Positions 1 to 11,496 of a stretch of DNA of 64,000 nt are shown here, piece by piece. The DNA is from Eledone cirrhosa (taxonomy: Eukaryota): contig OZ024743.1 of NCBI GenBank assembly GCA_964016885.1, positions 82,274,001 to 82,338,000 on the forward strand. The letters run 5' to 3'. The notes beneath the pieces are model-generated. The model saw only the letters and a program-made list of their open reading frames with translations. It was not told the origin of the DNA and searched no databases. A program made the position numbers and the translations under genes. Every line of letters starts with the position of its first letter. The first letter of the stretch is position 1.

Positions 1-878
1 GGTAAGGTTACTGGAGTTATAGTGCTGTAGTGGTCCTGGGTCAGGTCAGGTTACTGGAGTTATAGTGCTGTAGTGGTCCTGGGTCAGGTTAGGTTACTAG
101 AGTTCTAGTGCTGTAGTGGTCCTGGGTCAGGTTGGGTTACTGGAGTTCTAGTGCTGTAGTGGTCCTGGGTCAGGTTAGGTTACTGGAGTTCTAGTGTTGT
201 AGTGGTCCTGGGTCAGGTTAGGTTACTGGAATTATAGTGCTGTAGTGGTCCTGGGTCAGGTTGGGTTACTGGAGTTCTAGTGCTGTAGTGGTCCTGGGTC
301 AGGTTGGGTTACTGGAGTTATAGTGTTGTAGTGGTCCTGGATCAGGTTAGGTTACTGGAATTATAGTGCTGTAGTGGTCCTGTGTCAGGTTGGGTTACTG
401 GAGTTCTAGTGCTGTAGTGGTCCTGGGTCAGGTTGGGTTACTGGAGTTATAGTGCTTTATTGGTCCTGGGTCAGGTTATGTTACTGGAGCTATAGTGTTG
501 TAGTGGTCCTGGGTCAGGTTAGGTTACTGGAGTTCTAGTGCTGTAGTGTTCCTGGGTCAGGTTAGGTTACTGGAGTTATAGTGCTGTAGTGGTCCTGGGT
601 CAGGTTAGGTTACTGGAGTTATAGTGCTGTAGTAGTCCTGGGTCATGTTACGTTACTGGAGTTATAGTGCTGTAGTGGTCCTGGGTCAGGTTGGGTTACC
701 GGAGTTATAGTGCTGTAGTGGTCCTGGGTCAGGTTGAGTTACTGGAGTTATAGTGATGTAGTGGTACTGGGTCAGGTTAGGTTACTGGAATTATGATGTT
801 GTAGTCACCCTGGGTCAGGTTGGGTTACTGGAGTTATAGTGTTGTAGTGGCCCTGGGTCAGGTTGGGTTACTGGAGTT
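1..878. repeat. 43-bp minisatellite, ~20 copies, runs off the window edge
   Basis: Unit GGTCAGGTTAGGTTACTGGAGTTATAGTGCTGTAGTGGTCCTG; TTACTGGAG recurs at 8 and 51. Confidence 0.95.
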
Positions 879-1913
879 GAAACTTGTACTACATATTTCA
901 ACAAAAATATGATGTAGAGAATAAAGTAAATTTATTTTTACACTTCGTTATAGTTTGAAATATTCTGAAATATTACAACTAGAATTACGATGTAGAATAA
1001 TAAAAAAAATATACCATTTACACATTTTATACCATTCACACGATATTTCTCGTTTAAATATTTATTTTTTTATGACTGTCAAAATTGAGGTGCGTCTTAT
1101 AAGCCCACCCATCCTATATGCCGCTAATACGGTAGTTCTTACCACAACTACCGACAATATCACACTGACTGAAGGGGTAAATAATCCTTGATTAAATAGA
1201 CATACATGAAAGGCGTGCTATCCGTGACCATTTCATTCCTGCCTGAGTCCACTACTATGACTATTATCTATATAATAAGAGCTACCAATCCTACAGTAGC
1301 CATTATATAAACAGCAACTAGTTCCAGTTATAACTAGCAACATTATCACACTGACTGCGGGGGATTAAGTCAACAGAAGTAGATATAGAATGAGATTTAC
1401 ACAGAACTCACTGTTGTTAACAGGCTTCTATATACCAGACCAGTGGAGGCTCCAAACGGCAGTCGGTTGTCATACTGAAACCGACAACCAAAATATGCAT
1501 GTATGCACACAAGCAAATGTGTATTTATGTATGTGTGTGTATATATATATATAGTATTATGTATGCCTCTAAGGAAATCTTTATGAATATATATATGTAT
1601 GTATGTTTGTGTGTGTGTAAAACGTAAAAGAAATAATAAAGCATACGAAAAGACGTCATGTTTTAACGATCAATCTCACGACCTAAACATTGCAAACTGA
1701 GCCTCTTAACCAGACATGGCGATTATACTGAAAAAACATTAAGTTGTATTTAGAGGGAAATGTGGTGGGTAATTCTAGCAGGTTCACTGACTACATGGAG
1801 ATCCTCTCATTGATCCAATGATTCTGGCATTGCTGCTCATCAGAACTTCTGGTCGCAGTCAATGAAAAAGAGTAATCGTGGTCTTAGATAGAATTGATGT
1901 TAACAGAGGTACT

Positions 1914-2512
1914 CAGAGACCCAGGTCACACACCTCCCCCAGAGACCCAGGTCACACACCTCCCCCGGAGACTAAAGTATACACCCCCCAGCTCACCCCC
2001 CCCCCCCGAGACCCAGCTCACACACCTCCCACCAGAGACCCATGTTCACACACTCCCCTCCAGAGACCCAGGTCACACACCTCCCCCCAGAGACCCAGGT
2101 CACACACCTCTCCTCCAGAGACCCAAGCAACACACCTCCCCCCAGAGACCCATGTTCACACACCTCCCCTCTAGAGACCCAGGCCACACACCTCCCCCCA
2201 GAGACCCATGTTCACACACCTCCCCTCCAGAGAGCCAGGTCACACACCTCCCCCCAGAGACCCAGATCACACCCCTCCCCCCAGAGACCCAGGTCACACA
2301 CCTCCCCTCCAGAGACCCAGCTCAGACATCTCCCCCAGAGACCCAGCTCGCATACCTCCCCTCCAGAGACCCAGCTCACACGCCTCCCCCCAGAGACCCA
2401 TGTTCACACACCTTTCCTCCAGAGACCCAGGTCACCCCCCCCCCCCGAGACCCAGGTCACACACCTCCCCAGAGACCCAGGTTATACACATCCCCCAGAG
2501 ACGCAGGTCACC
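1914..2512. repeat. C-rich ~26-30-bp minisatellite
   Basis: Unit CAGAGACCCAGGTCACACACCTCCCC(CTC); explains the Pro-rich ORFs in all three frames. Confidence 0.93.
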
Positions 2513-2789
2513 TACCCTTGTCATCTTAACTCTCTTCATTTCCATTATGAATGGTCATATAGTAATGTTTCACCCGAGCCTCTGTTAACAAGCTTTTCAA
2601 ACCTCAATAATTATGTAATCCCAGAGACCCTGGTGCCGGGTTTTCTCACTTCCTCCCACATCTCCGAATATTTCAATCAAGCCCCATATCAACATAAGCC
2701 AACTTTTCAGCCCTCAATAATTCTAGAGTCCCAAATTGAATTATGTCAGAAGCAGTATTTTTTTGAGTTTTTGTTAGTTAATTCGGGAT

Positions 2790-3822
2790 CACTCATACAC
2801 CACAGTTGGGTATATATTTCATGTGATATATACATTATATACACCACAGTTGGTTATATATTTCATGTGATATATATATAATATACACTGCAGTTGGGTA
2901 TACATTTCATGTGATATACACAATATACAGTACAGTTGGATATATAGGTATTTCATCTGATATATACACTATATACACTATAGTTGGATATATAGGTATT
3001 TCATGTGATATATACACTATATACACTATAGTTGGATATATAGGTATTTCATGTGATATATACACTATATACACTATAGTTGGGTATATAGGTATTTCAT
3101 CTGATATATACACTATATACACTATAGTTGGATATATAGGTATTTCATGTGATATATACACTATATACACTATAGTTGGGTATATAGGTATTTCATCTGA
3201 TATATACACTATATACACTATAGTTGGATATATAGGTATTTCATGTGATATATACACTATATACACTATAGTTGGGTATATAGGTATTTCATGTGATATA
3301 TACACTATATACACTATAGTTGGGTATATAGGTATTTCATGTGATATATACACTATATACACTATAGTTGGGTATATAGGTATTTCATGTGATATATACA
3401 CTATATACATTACAGTTGGATATATAGGTATTTCATGTGATATATACACTATATACACTACAGTTGGGTATATAGGTATTTCATGTGATATATACACTAT
3501 ATACACTACAGTTGGGTATATAGGTATTTCATGTGATATATACACTATATACACTACAGTTGGATATATAGGTATTTCATGTGATATATACACTATATAC
3601 ACTATAGTTGGGTATATAGGTATTTCATGTGATATATACACTATATACACTATAGTTGGATATATAGGTATTTCATGTGATATATACACTATAGTTGGAT
3701 ATATAGGTATTCCATGTGATATATATACTATATACACTATTTTGGGGTATATAGGTATTCCATGTGATATATATACAATATACAGTAGAGATATATTTCA
3801 TTTGATATGTACACTATGTACA
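2790..3822 (+). repeat. 48-bp minisatellite (44-bp-type variants at left edge)
   Basis: Unit TTCATGTGATATATACACTATATACACTATAGTTGGGTATATAGGTAT; 16-aa periodic ORFs on both strands. Confidence 0.95.
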
Positions 3823-4009
3823 GTATTCTTCCCAGTTTGAATTCCTCTCTTGACTAAAATGCCTGCACTAAGAATCGAGCAGAATTTCACCATTAAACAC
3901 ATCAGACAGAACGTGAGATGAGGACTACTTTCCTTGTGGCAGGAGACTATGATAGTTTCTAATTGAGGAAGGTCAGTAAAGGGGAGGGGTAATGTTGATT
4001 AAACTGATC

Positions 4010-4350
4010 CTAACACTTGACTGCTGTTTTATTTTATTGACTACGGAAAGATGAAAGGCAAAGTTAAACTTTGCAGGATTTGAACTCAGGTTGTAAGATA
4101 TATTTCTGACGCTCTACCGAGTAGACCATAATGGTTTCTGACTGAGGCACAAGGCCAACAATTTCTGGGGGGAGTGGGAGTCTGTTAAATTGACCCCAGT
4201 GCGTGACTGGTACTTTATTTTATGGACCCCGTAAGGATGAAAGGCAAAGCTAGCCACCGCGGGATTTGAAATCAGAACGTAAAGGGCCGTAATTCTATGC
4301 CGCAAAGCAGGGTGTCCGACACTCTACTGATTACTTCTAATCCACCGCCC
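4010..4350 (-). mobile_element. Two adjacent tRNA-derived SINE copies (family A)
   Basis: GGCACAAGGCC...CTGGTACTTTATTTTATGGACCCCGTAAGGATGAAAGGCAAAG...GATTTGAAATCAG...AATCCACCGCC is the reverse complement of the full copy at 51767. Confidence 0.8.
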
Positions 4351-4918
4351 TAGAGACCATAATAAAAACAATAATAAAACGTCTTTGTCGGGATGGTTTC
4401 CAACTTCCTCAACAACGCCAGTAATGTCATAGGGCAAATATCGATTTGTCGTGAAGTATCGGCTATCGTATTGAATGATAAATGATTGTAACTATTGGTA
4501 ATTAGTTTCTCGAAGTGTCCTAGTATTGATAGAGTCGAATATGTTTTCGTCGAGGGATTGAAAACAATGTTGAGTGGAGAGTGGGGGAAGTTAGCAATTT
4601 ATTGGTGTAGGCTCCTCTTCTGTTGATATTTAATTGAGAAGTCAGCAAAACTGAATTGAGTTGATAGGATACAATATTTCATTGAAAGAACGGAGGTTAG
4701 AATGTTGTGGTTAAATTTGTAGAACAGAGGTGGGTTTCCTGGATCTTGAGGATTTGGGACACAATGCTGACATTTGGGTGCAGTTGAACTACAATAAAAA
4801 GCTCACCAGAAAAAATAGTTTTGTTTTAATCCATTTGGGATCAAACCGCCTGAAACCGCCCTTGGTTGTAAGATACTAACTTACAGAGCCACACACAACA
4901 TATATATATATATATATA

Positions 4919-5357
4919 CTAGCAGAGGTACCCGGCGTTGTTCAGGTATTAAATAGCGGTTGTGTATACCATTTATGTCAATACTTCAGTGCTGCTTCGA
5001 AAACTATACTTTTACAAAATCATCGACTTTTTCCAAAAGGGGGTTCCTGCCCCCAGGGGTCCCCTACTCAATATGTGCCAATTATGAGAGTTCACATTCA
5101 TCTGTAGGACAAACGTAGCCCATGTGTCAAGTTTTGTGAAAATCGGTTGCGAACTCCAGAAGTTATGACGTATTTTTGCATTGCACTGCAGTGCTTCAGT
5201 CGACTCCAAGGAAGTGGTTAAAGGGGGTTATCTGCCGGGAGGCGCTATAATCAATATTTGGAAAAATGAAAGTGCCCATGACCATCTGGAGTACATAAGT
5301 AACCTGTCTTAAGTTTGGTGAAAATACTGTATAAATACATAAAGCTTATACATACGC

Positions 5358-5430
<73 letters not shown>

Positions 5431-5996
5431 TGTATGTATTTGTGTGTGCGTATGTATGTGTATGTCCGTCGGGGCATACGTATGTATGGCATAAATCTTT
5501 ACTATTTACTTTTACTATTTTAATAACCTCTGTCATTTTCGTTTTCAATTTTATTCACATCATTCTTAAACTCCGGGGCTGGAAATCATTCTGTTATTTT
5601 AAATAGAATATTAGTCTAACGACTCCATTTATACCATAAACTTGGTCTTGTCTTTGCATAAAATTGTTCTTCTGGCTCCACATAATGACGTATTATCCTC
5701 GCTTTTTTCCGTTCATTGGCAGGCAACGTCTTCACGAACCAAAATATCGTCTTCCTGTTTTCGTTCGGTTGCAACGTTTCTCGAAATATTTACTTCTGCG
5801 TTCACAGATTATTCTCAGTTCAATTTGAATGGGTAATTCCTGTTTCATCGATTTTCTCCCTATCCATGGAAGCTTGTAGCTTGGAAGTCGACCCAACGCC
5901 TCCACGGGTCATTCTGCATAACTGTGTAAATTTTCGACGTTTATCCGACTACACCTACATATACAACGTCCGACCACTTCAAATTTATATAGTAGA
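4919..5996 (-). mobile_element. Non-autonomous Helitron-type element (possibly composite)
   Basis: On the minus strand it starts TCTACTATATAAA and ends with a decayed CCCGG-CGTTG hairpin plus CTAG; lies in (TA)n; same terminus at 56649 and 58330; internal (TG)n. Confidence 0.7.
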
Positions 5997-6118
5997 TATA
6001 TATATATATATGTGTGTGTGTGTGTTATTCCAATTTCACCTTCTCTCTCTCTTTCTCTCTCTCTTGAACCGTTAAGGTGTCATTCCTGGATATGTCAATA
6101 TTTATAAAACAAGCTCTG

Positions 6119-6179
6119 TATTTTATCTGATTAGAGCGTACCAAAGTGTTGGTACCCTTGAAATATTTAGAATAGAATA
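6119..6179 (+). pseudogene. Decayed type I hammerhead ribozyme in a PLE-type terminal fragment (6070-6215)
   Basis: TATTTTAT-CTGATTA-GAGCGTACCA..TGGTACCCTT-GAAA-TATTTA-GA-ATAGAATA; two core substitutions; homologous to the intact copy at 63893. Confidence 0.6.
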
Positions 6180-6220
6180 AATATGGTTTTATAAATATAG
6201 TTTCCATTTATTAATATCAT

Positions 6221-6331
<111 letters not shown>

Positions 6332-6469
6332 TTATAGGTTTCCGTTAGTTGAATTTGTGTAACTTGAAATCGAAGTCTGTCAGTTAAATAACAAATATTG
6401 ATCCTTCAACTGCAAAATTGGTGTTTTCATGTAATTTATTAATTTATATACAAATATATATATATATTA

Positions 6470-6742
6470 GTAAACAATACAATACAATGGGAGGAAACAT
6501 AATAGTATAACTGATGATGTCACAGGTGTGTGATGAAAGAACTCAAAGAGACTATATATATGTATATCTGTATCTATATTTCTAACTGTTGGCCAATCAC
6601 TGTTTAACATTGTTTGCCAACTAAATTAACTATAAGGATGTGAATTATACGGAAGCGAAAACCAACCAAAACCAGTGAGTGTGTTTTATTATATATTTCT
6701 GGCAATATTATAATACTATGACCCTTCCCAAATATAACAATA
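6470..6742 (+). mobile_element. Solo 3' terminal fragment of the PLE family at 52660-53823
   Basis: Aligns to the reverse complement of ~52695-52970 (GGAGGAAACATAATAG, GAAAGAACT, GAAGCGAAAACCAACCAAA, CTGGCAATATTAT, TATGACCC, TATAACAATA); flanked by (TA)n. Confidence 0.75.
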
Positions 6743-6747
6743 TATAT

Positions 6748-6926
6748 ATAGGAAAAGAGTCAGGACCCCGACGGCTGAGCTCCGGCCGTTTCGACCTGGC
6801 TGTCGAAACGGCCGGAGCTCAGCCGTCGGGGTCCTGACTCTTTTCCTATTCCCCACTCTACTACCCCAAGTATCGAGTACTCTGGTGTGTTATGATCCAC
6901 CTGGTTCCTTACCACACTTCCTTCGT

Positions 6927-6928
<2 letters not shown>
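6748..6928 (+). mobile_element. Fold-back mini-element: perfect 48-bp hairpin plus ~80-bp tail
   Basis: Arms 6748-6795 and 6802-6849, loop CTGGCT; diverged homolog at 52408-52600; both sit in (TA)n. Confidence 0.85.
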
Positions 6929-6982
<54 letters not shown>

Positions 6983-6988
<6 letters not shown>

Positions 6989-7050
6989 GCTACAATAAAA
7001 CTCACCTCCTATATATATATGTAGGAGGTGAGTTTTATTGTAGCACAATA
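6983..7050. repeat. 28-bp-arm inverted repeat around a TA spacer
   Basis: TATTGTGCTACAATAAAACTCACCTCCTA / TAGGAGGTGAGTTTTATTGTAGCACAATA. Confidence 0.9.
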
Positions 7051-7144
7051 AAGCAATGCAAATATCGGATAAGTAGCACTCTTAAGTTTGTAGGACTGGA
7101 GTATAGATAATATAAGATCAAAACATGGTTAAAAGAGTTCCAAG

Positions 7145-7215
7145 TATTTTATTATGCGCATTTCAAAAACAAATATCATCATGGTATGATATCTGCGTTC
7201 TCATCAGATAAAATA
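7145..7215 (-). ncRNA. Type I hammerhead ribozyme (left pLTR)
   Basis: Minus strand UAUUUUAU-CUGAUGA-stem II-GAAA-UGCGCA-UA-AUAAAAUA; 8-bp stem I; AUA cleavage triplet. Confidence 0.85.
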
Positions 7216-7371
7216 GGGAGACATGATATGAAGCTTAAAAAACACTTGTGAGCAGTGAAGTTTTAAATCAACATATGAAAAATAAATTAAGATGGATGTA
7301 TGAGATTGGGAAAAAGTGAGTGGGGTTGGAAAAGGTAAGGAAGAGGAAGAAATAAGAGTAAAGGATATAAC

Positions 7372-8492
7372 TATAATAATTCGCTTTCTAAAGCCGGTTA
7401 TCCTGATAAAATTAAATACAGTAAGGAAACCAATCCTCGAAGGTCTTACAGTAAAATAATTATGAACATTCCATAAATAAAAGACCTAGATACAAAAATA
7501 TAATTTGGTATAATGCTCCTTTTTCTATATCTATTAATAATAATATTCCTAAACTATTCTTTAGGGCCTTAGATAAATGCTTCCCTCCCTCACATATCTA
7601 TAGTAAAATCTTTAACAAACATACAATAAAATTTTCTTATTCCACCACTTCCGACATCTCTAACATTATCTCTAAACACAATAAAATATTAAATAATAAA
7701 TTACACCCTTCCAACACTGAGCGTCATAATAATAGCAGTAGTATACCCGACGTCATTGTTAACTCTAGGCTAGATTCTGTAAATTTAAATACGACGTCAA
7801 ACGTAACTTCATTGAATGTTCATAATACCAATCTAAATCAGGAAACTATTGTTCCTATCGTAAATAACTTCTCCAATCCAATTCCTTCTATAAATAATTG
7901 TGTCTATATTAGGCACAAGGCCAGAAATTACCCAGTACATTACTGGTACTTTATTTTATCGACCCCGTAAAGATGAAAGGCAAAGTTAACCTCGGCGTGA
8001 ATTCCTTCTATAAATAATACTAGGTCACTTGTTAATAACTCTGTTAATTTCTCTAATCGTAATTGTAATTGCCCTATTAAAACTAAATGTCCTCTTAATA
8101 ACCATTGTCTTGATAAAAACTTAGTCTATGAATGTAAAGTTATAACTGATACTAATTCTTTTACCTATTTCGGTTCCACTTCCACTTCCTTCAAAGCTAG
8201 ATTGTATAATCACAAATCGTCTTTTAGATACCAACTTAAAAGAACTAGCATGGCACTCTCGGAACTCATATGGTCCTTGAAAGACAAAAATATTAACTAT
8301 AACATCTCTTGGAGGAAGGTTTGTTCCGCCTTTCCTTACCCGAATTCTTCCCTATCCAGAACATGTAATCTCTGCCTAGCCGAGAAATTTACCATTATAT
8401 CTAATTTCAATTCTATAATAAATAGACGCACAGATTTATTTTCGCTCTGCTTGCATAAATTCCATAAAACATTCCATAAAGTATACAGCTAA
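7372..8492 (+). pseudogene. PLE ORF C-terminus: RT-thumb end, linker and GIY-YIG endonuclease
   Basis: Manual translation YNNSLSKAGY..; IIWYNAPFS..FFRALDKCFPPSHIYSKIFNKHTIKFSYS; CNCPIKTKCPLNNHCLDKNLVYEC..TYFGST..FKARLYNHKSSF..CNLCLAEK. One frameshift near 7460 and one SINE insertion. Confidence 0.88.
7899..7999 (-). mobile_element. 5'-truncated family A SINE inside the PLE, with 19-bp TSD
   Basis: TSD AATTCCTTCTATAAATAAT at 7880-7898 and 8000-8018. Confidence 0.88.
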
Positions 8493-8794
8493 TATCTCAA
8501 TACCTTACTAGTTTAAAATCCTTTTATCTCAAAGGCTTATATTCTTTTACAAATATACCCATCTTTATACCCTATTTCAGTATTATATATTATATAATAC
8601 AATTTACTCATTCTATGTCATTCTTCTTTATCATTTTCCTTTCTTCCTTTTTTCTTTTTAATTTCTAACCTCTAATCTGTACTTTTTCTTCCCAACTACT
8701 TCTCAATTCATATTATTACTCACCACAACATTATCCATTCTTCCATCTTTCCTCATATCACTGCCCATAAAAGTTATTTTTTTAATACATTATA

Positions 8795-9136
8795 ATATTA
8801 CCATTAGAAGTCCTTCGTAAACATATAAACTTTTTGACGTTAGATTTTTTTCTTCCTTAAATTTTTCTTATCTCTTCTATCCTTTCAACCTCGTTTTATA
8901 CCTACTACTTAATTTTAGTTTTACATATTACAATACATAAAAACAAACTTAAACCCTAACTATTTTCTTTTAATATATTACCATTAGAAAATATTTCGTA
9001 AACATATATACTTTTTGATGTTAGATATTTTCTTCCTTAAACATTCTTTTTTCTTCTCTCCTTCCGCGCTCATTTTAAACATACTATTTACGTATACACA
9101 TTACAATACATAAAAACAAACTTAAACCTTAACTAA
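8795..9136 (+). repeat. ~180-bp direct duplication in the PLE 3' UTR
   Basis: TTACCATTAGAA..CGTAAACATATA..TTACAATACATAAAAACAAACTTAAACC occurs twice. Confidence 0.8.
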
Positions 9137-9604
9137 TTCCTCTAAATTAATAACTCATTTATTCTTCTCCTTCTGTTCACATTATATCCTTAATATCATT
9201 AATATTTTTTATTTTAATAATACATATTAATAGATTCTTTTCTTCGCACATATTATTAAACCCTTCAATATACAAACCTTAATTTAATACTATTCTTAAT
9301 TCCTTTTCCTTCATGCATAAACCTCATTAACTTTTAATTTCAAAATCTTTTAAATTATCTGTTATCTTCCAACGGCTTTTTAATTTCTCTCTGTGAGACA
9401 ATATTTTTTCTCAGTTGTAAAGACTATATCTCTCTCTCTATCTCCTCCCCCACCATCCTTTACTCTTATTTCTTCCTCTTCCTTACCTTTCCCTCCCCCC
9501 TCACTTTTTCCCAATCTCATACATCCATCTTAATTTATTTTTCATATGTTGATTTAAAACTTCACTGCTCACAAGTGTTTTTTAAGCTTCATATCATGTC
9601 TCCC

Positions 9605-9675
9605 TATTTTATCTGATGAGAACGCAGATATCATCCCATGATGATATTTGTTTTTGAAATGCGCATCATAAAATA
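9605..9675 (+). ncRNA. Type I hammerhead ribozyme (right pLTR)
   Basis: TATTTTAT-CTGATGA(9613)-GAACGCAGATATCAT..ATGATATTTGTTTTT-GAAA(9656)-TGCGCA-TC-ATAAAATA; predicted cleavage after C9667. Confidence 0.88.
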
Positions 9676-9733
9676 CTTGGAACTCTTTTAACCATCTTTT
9701 GATCTTATATATATATATATATATATGTATATG

Positions 9734-9792
<59 letters not shown>

Positions 9793-10215
9793 AACTATTT
9801 CGGCCGCCGACCTCTGCTTGACCGACCCCATTTCACGCGCGCGCGCACTCTGCTCAATACCTCAGATATTCAAAACAACGAACAGCGGGGGACACGTTTC
9901 GCACCTTTCCGACAGACCCCCCCCCCCTCCCGAAAAAAAACCCAGTTGATGGATGTGAATCCGAAATATATAGGGACAATTAAATCTCTCCCAAGGTAAC
10001 TCTATCTCGTGTTATTATTTTTATTTTTATCCTTTACGCTCTTTCCTTCATTCCTCTACACGTTACAGTCTTCTACACGCCACGCATCTCAACGTACACC
10101 CACTTACATCTCTCTCTCTCTCCACCACCGGATCTTATTACCCGGAGATTTACCCATCTGCAGTGTCGAGGCTTCCAAACCACTTAAAGAAATTTACCAT
10201 ATATATATATGTGTA

Positions 10216-10299
<84 letters not shown>

Positions 10300-10302
<3 letters not shown>

Positions 10303-10430
10303 GAGTGAGGCTGAGTGGTTAGAGAAATGGATTCGCAAGCGTGCGGCTGTGAGTTCGATTCCTGGACCGGGTGATGCGTTATGACTTTGAGTAGACACTT
10401 TGTTTCATGTTGATCCTTCTGCCTGGAGTT
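10300..10430 (+). mobile_element. tRNA-derived SINE family B (CORE-like), decayed
   Basis: A box GGCTGAGTGG, B box GTTCGATTCC, then CTTTGAGTAGACACTT; similar to 54493 and 47178. Confidence 0.65.
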
Positions 10431-10823
10431 GCGACCGATAGATAGTATTACCAATTGGAAAGTCCAGCAGAAACATATATATTAACATAATAAATTGCTA
10501 AAATAATCGATCCGATTTGACGAAAGTTGATAGACTTTCGATGTATATCAATCTTCCGCCATTTTATTTACAAACACCAGTTTTACAAAATCCTTCAAAA
10601 TGATTAGAAAATCATAAGCAGAGTATTTCATAATAAATTTGGCAACAAAGGGATTATAAAAGATGTTAAAGACGCAGTGAATGTTTTACTGCATTCTCTC
10701 CTTCCTTCTCTGATTGTTCTTCCGGTTTTATGAGGTTATATTTTAACCCGACCTTTGCTATGTATAATACCTACTGTCTGTTTTTACAGTTACTTTCGTG
10801 TTTAAGATGCCTAAACTTTTGTG

Positions 10824-10918
<95 letters not shown>

Positions 10919-11496
10919 GTGGGAGACAGAGAGAGGGGGGGGGGCAGAGAGAGAGAGAGAGAGAGATGCTAGACATTGCTGATAATAAAACAATAGACAT
11001 TCTTTATATTCCGTGATAAAAAAGTGTTGAAACTTTACAAGAGATTTGTAGGTAAAATACAATAAATACACAGAATATGTATTGGTAAAACTGAATTATC
11101 GCCACATTTCTCACAACACAATGTTGTTTCCCTGGTAGATATACTACCATTTCTTTGGGGCACATACACACACACACACACAATGTAGTTCTGTCATACA
11201 CACGCAATGTGTTTCTTTTATACACACTCACAGTCAGGCATAGGGGAACATAGGGACACATACACATACATACACACACACGTACATATTACCTAATACA
11301 AGCAGTCATTAACGCACAAATACATATAACCTAAAAAAGCAATGATTAAGATAGACACACAGAAACATATTACATTAAGACAGACATACACAACACATAC
11401 ATACACACATATACATAAACAACACATACATACACACACACATACATGCACACACACATACATACACAACACATACATACAGACACACATTACATA

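Larger units (their letters stand above)
7112..9707 (+). mobile_element. 5'-truncated Penelope-like element with inverted pseudo-LTRs
   Basis: ~255-bp near-identical inverted repeats at 7112-7366 and 9455-9707, each with a hammerhead; encloses a linker + GIY-YIG coding remnant; TA flanks. Confidence 0.9.

Noticed and set aside
1-878. Telomeric repeat (GGTTAG-like)
   Set aside because: Only a fragment within a 43-bp unit, not tandem TTAGGG
1878-3840. Pro-rich and YI-rich ORFs of 200-300 aa
   Set aside because: Translations of minisatellites, open in several frames and on both strands
9795-9950. CpG-rich patch as a promoter
   Set aside because: Short, TA-flanked and without a linked exon; more likely an unidentified repeat fragment
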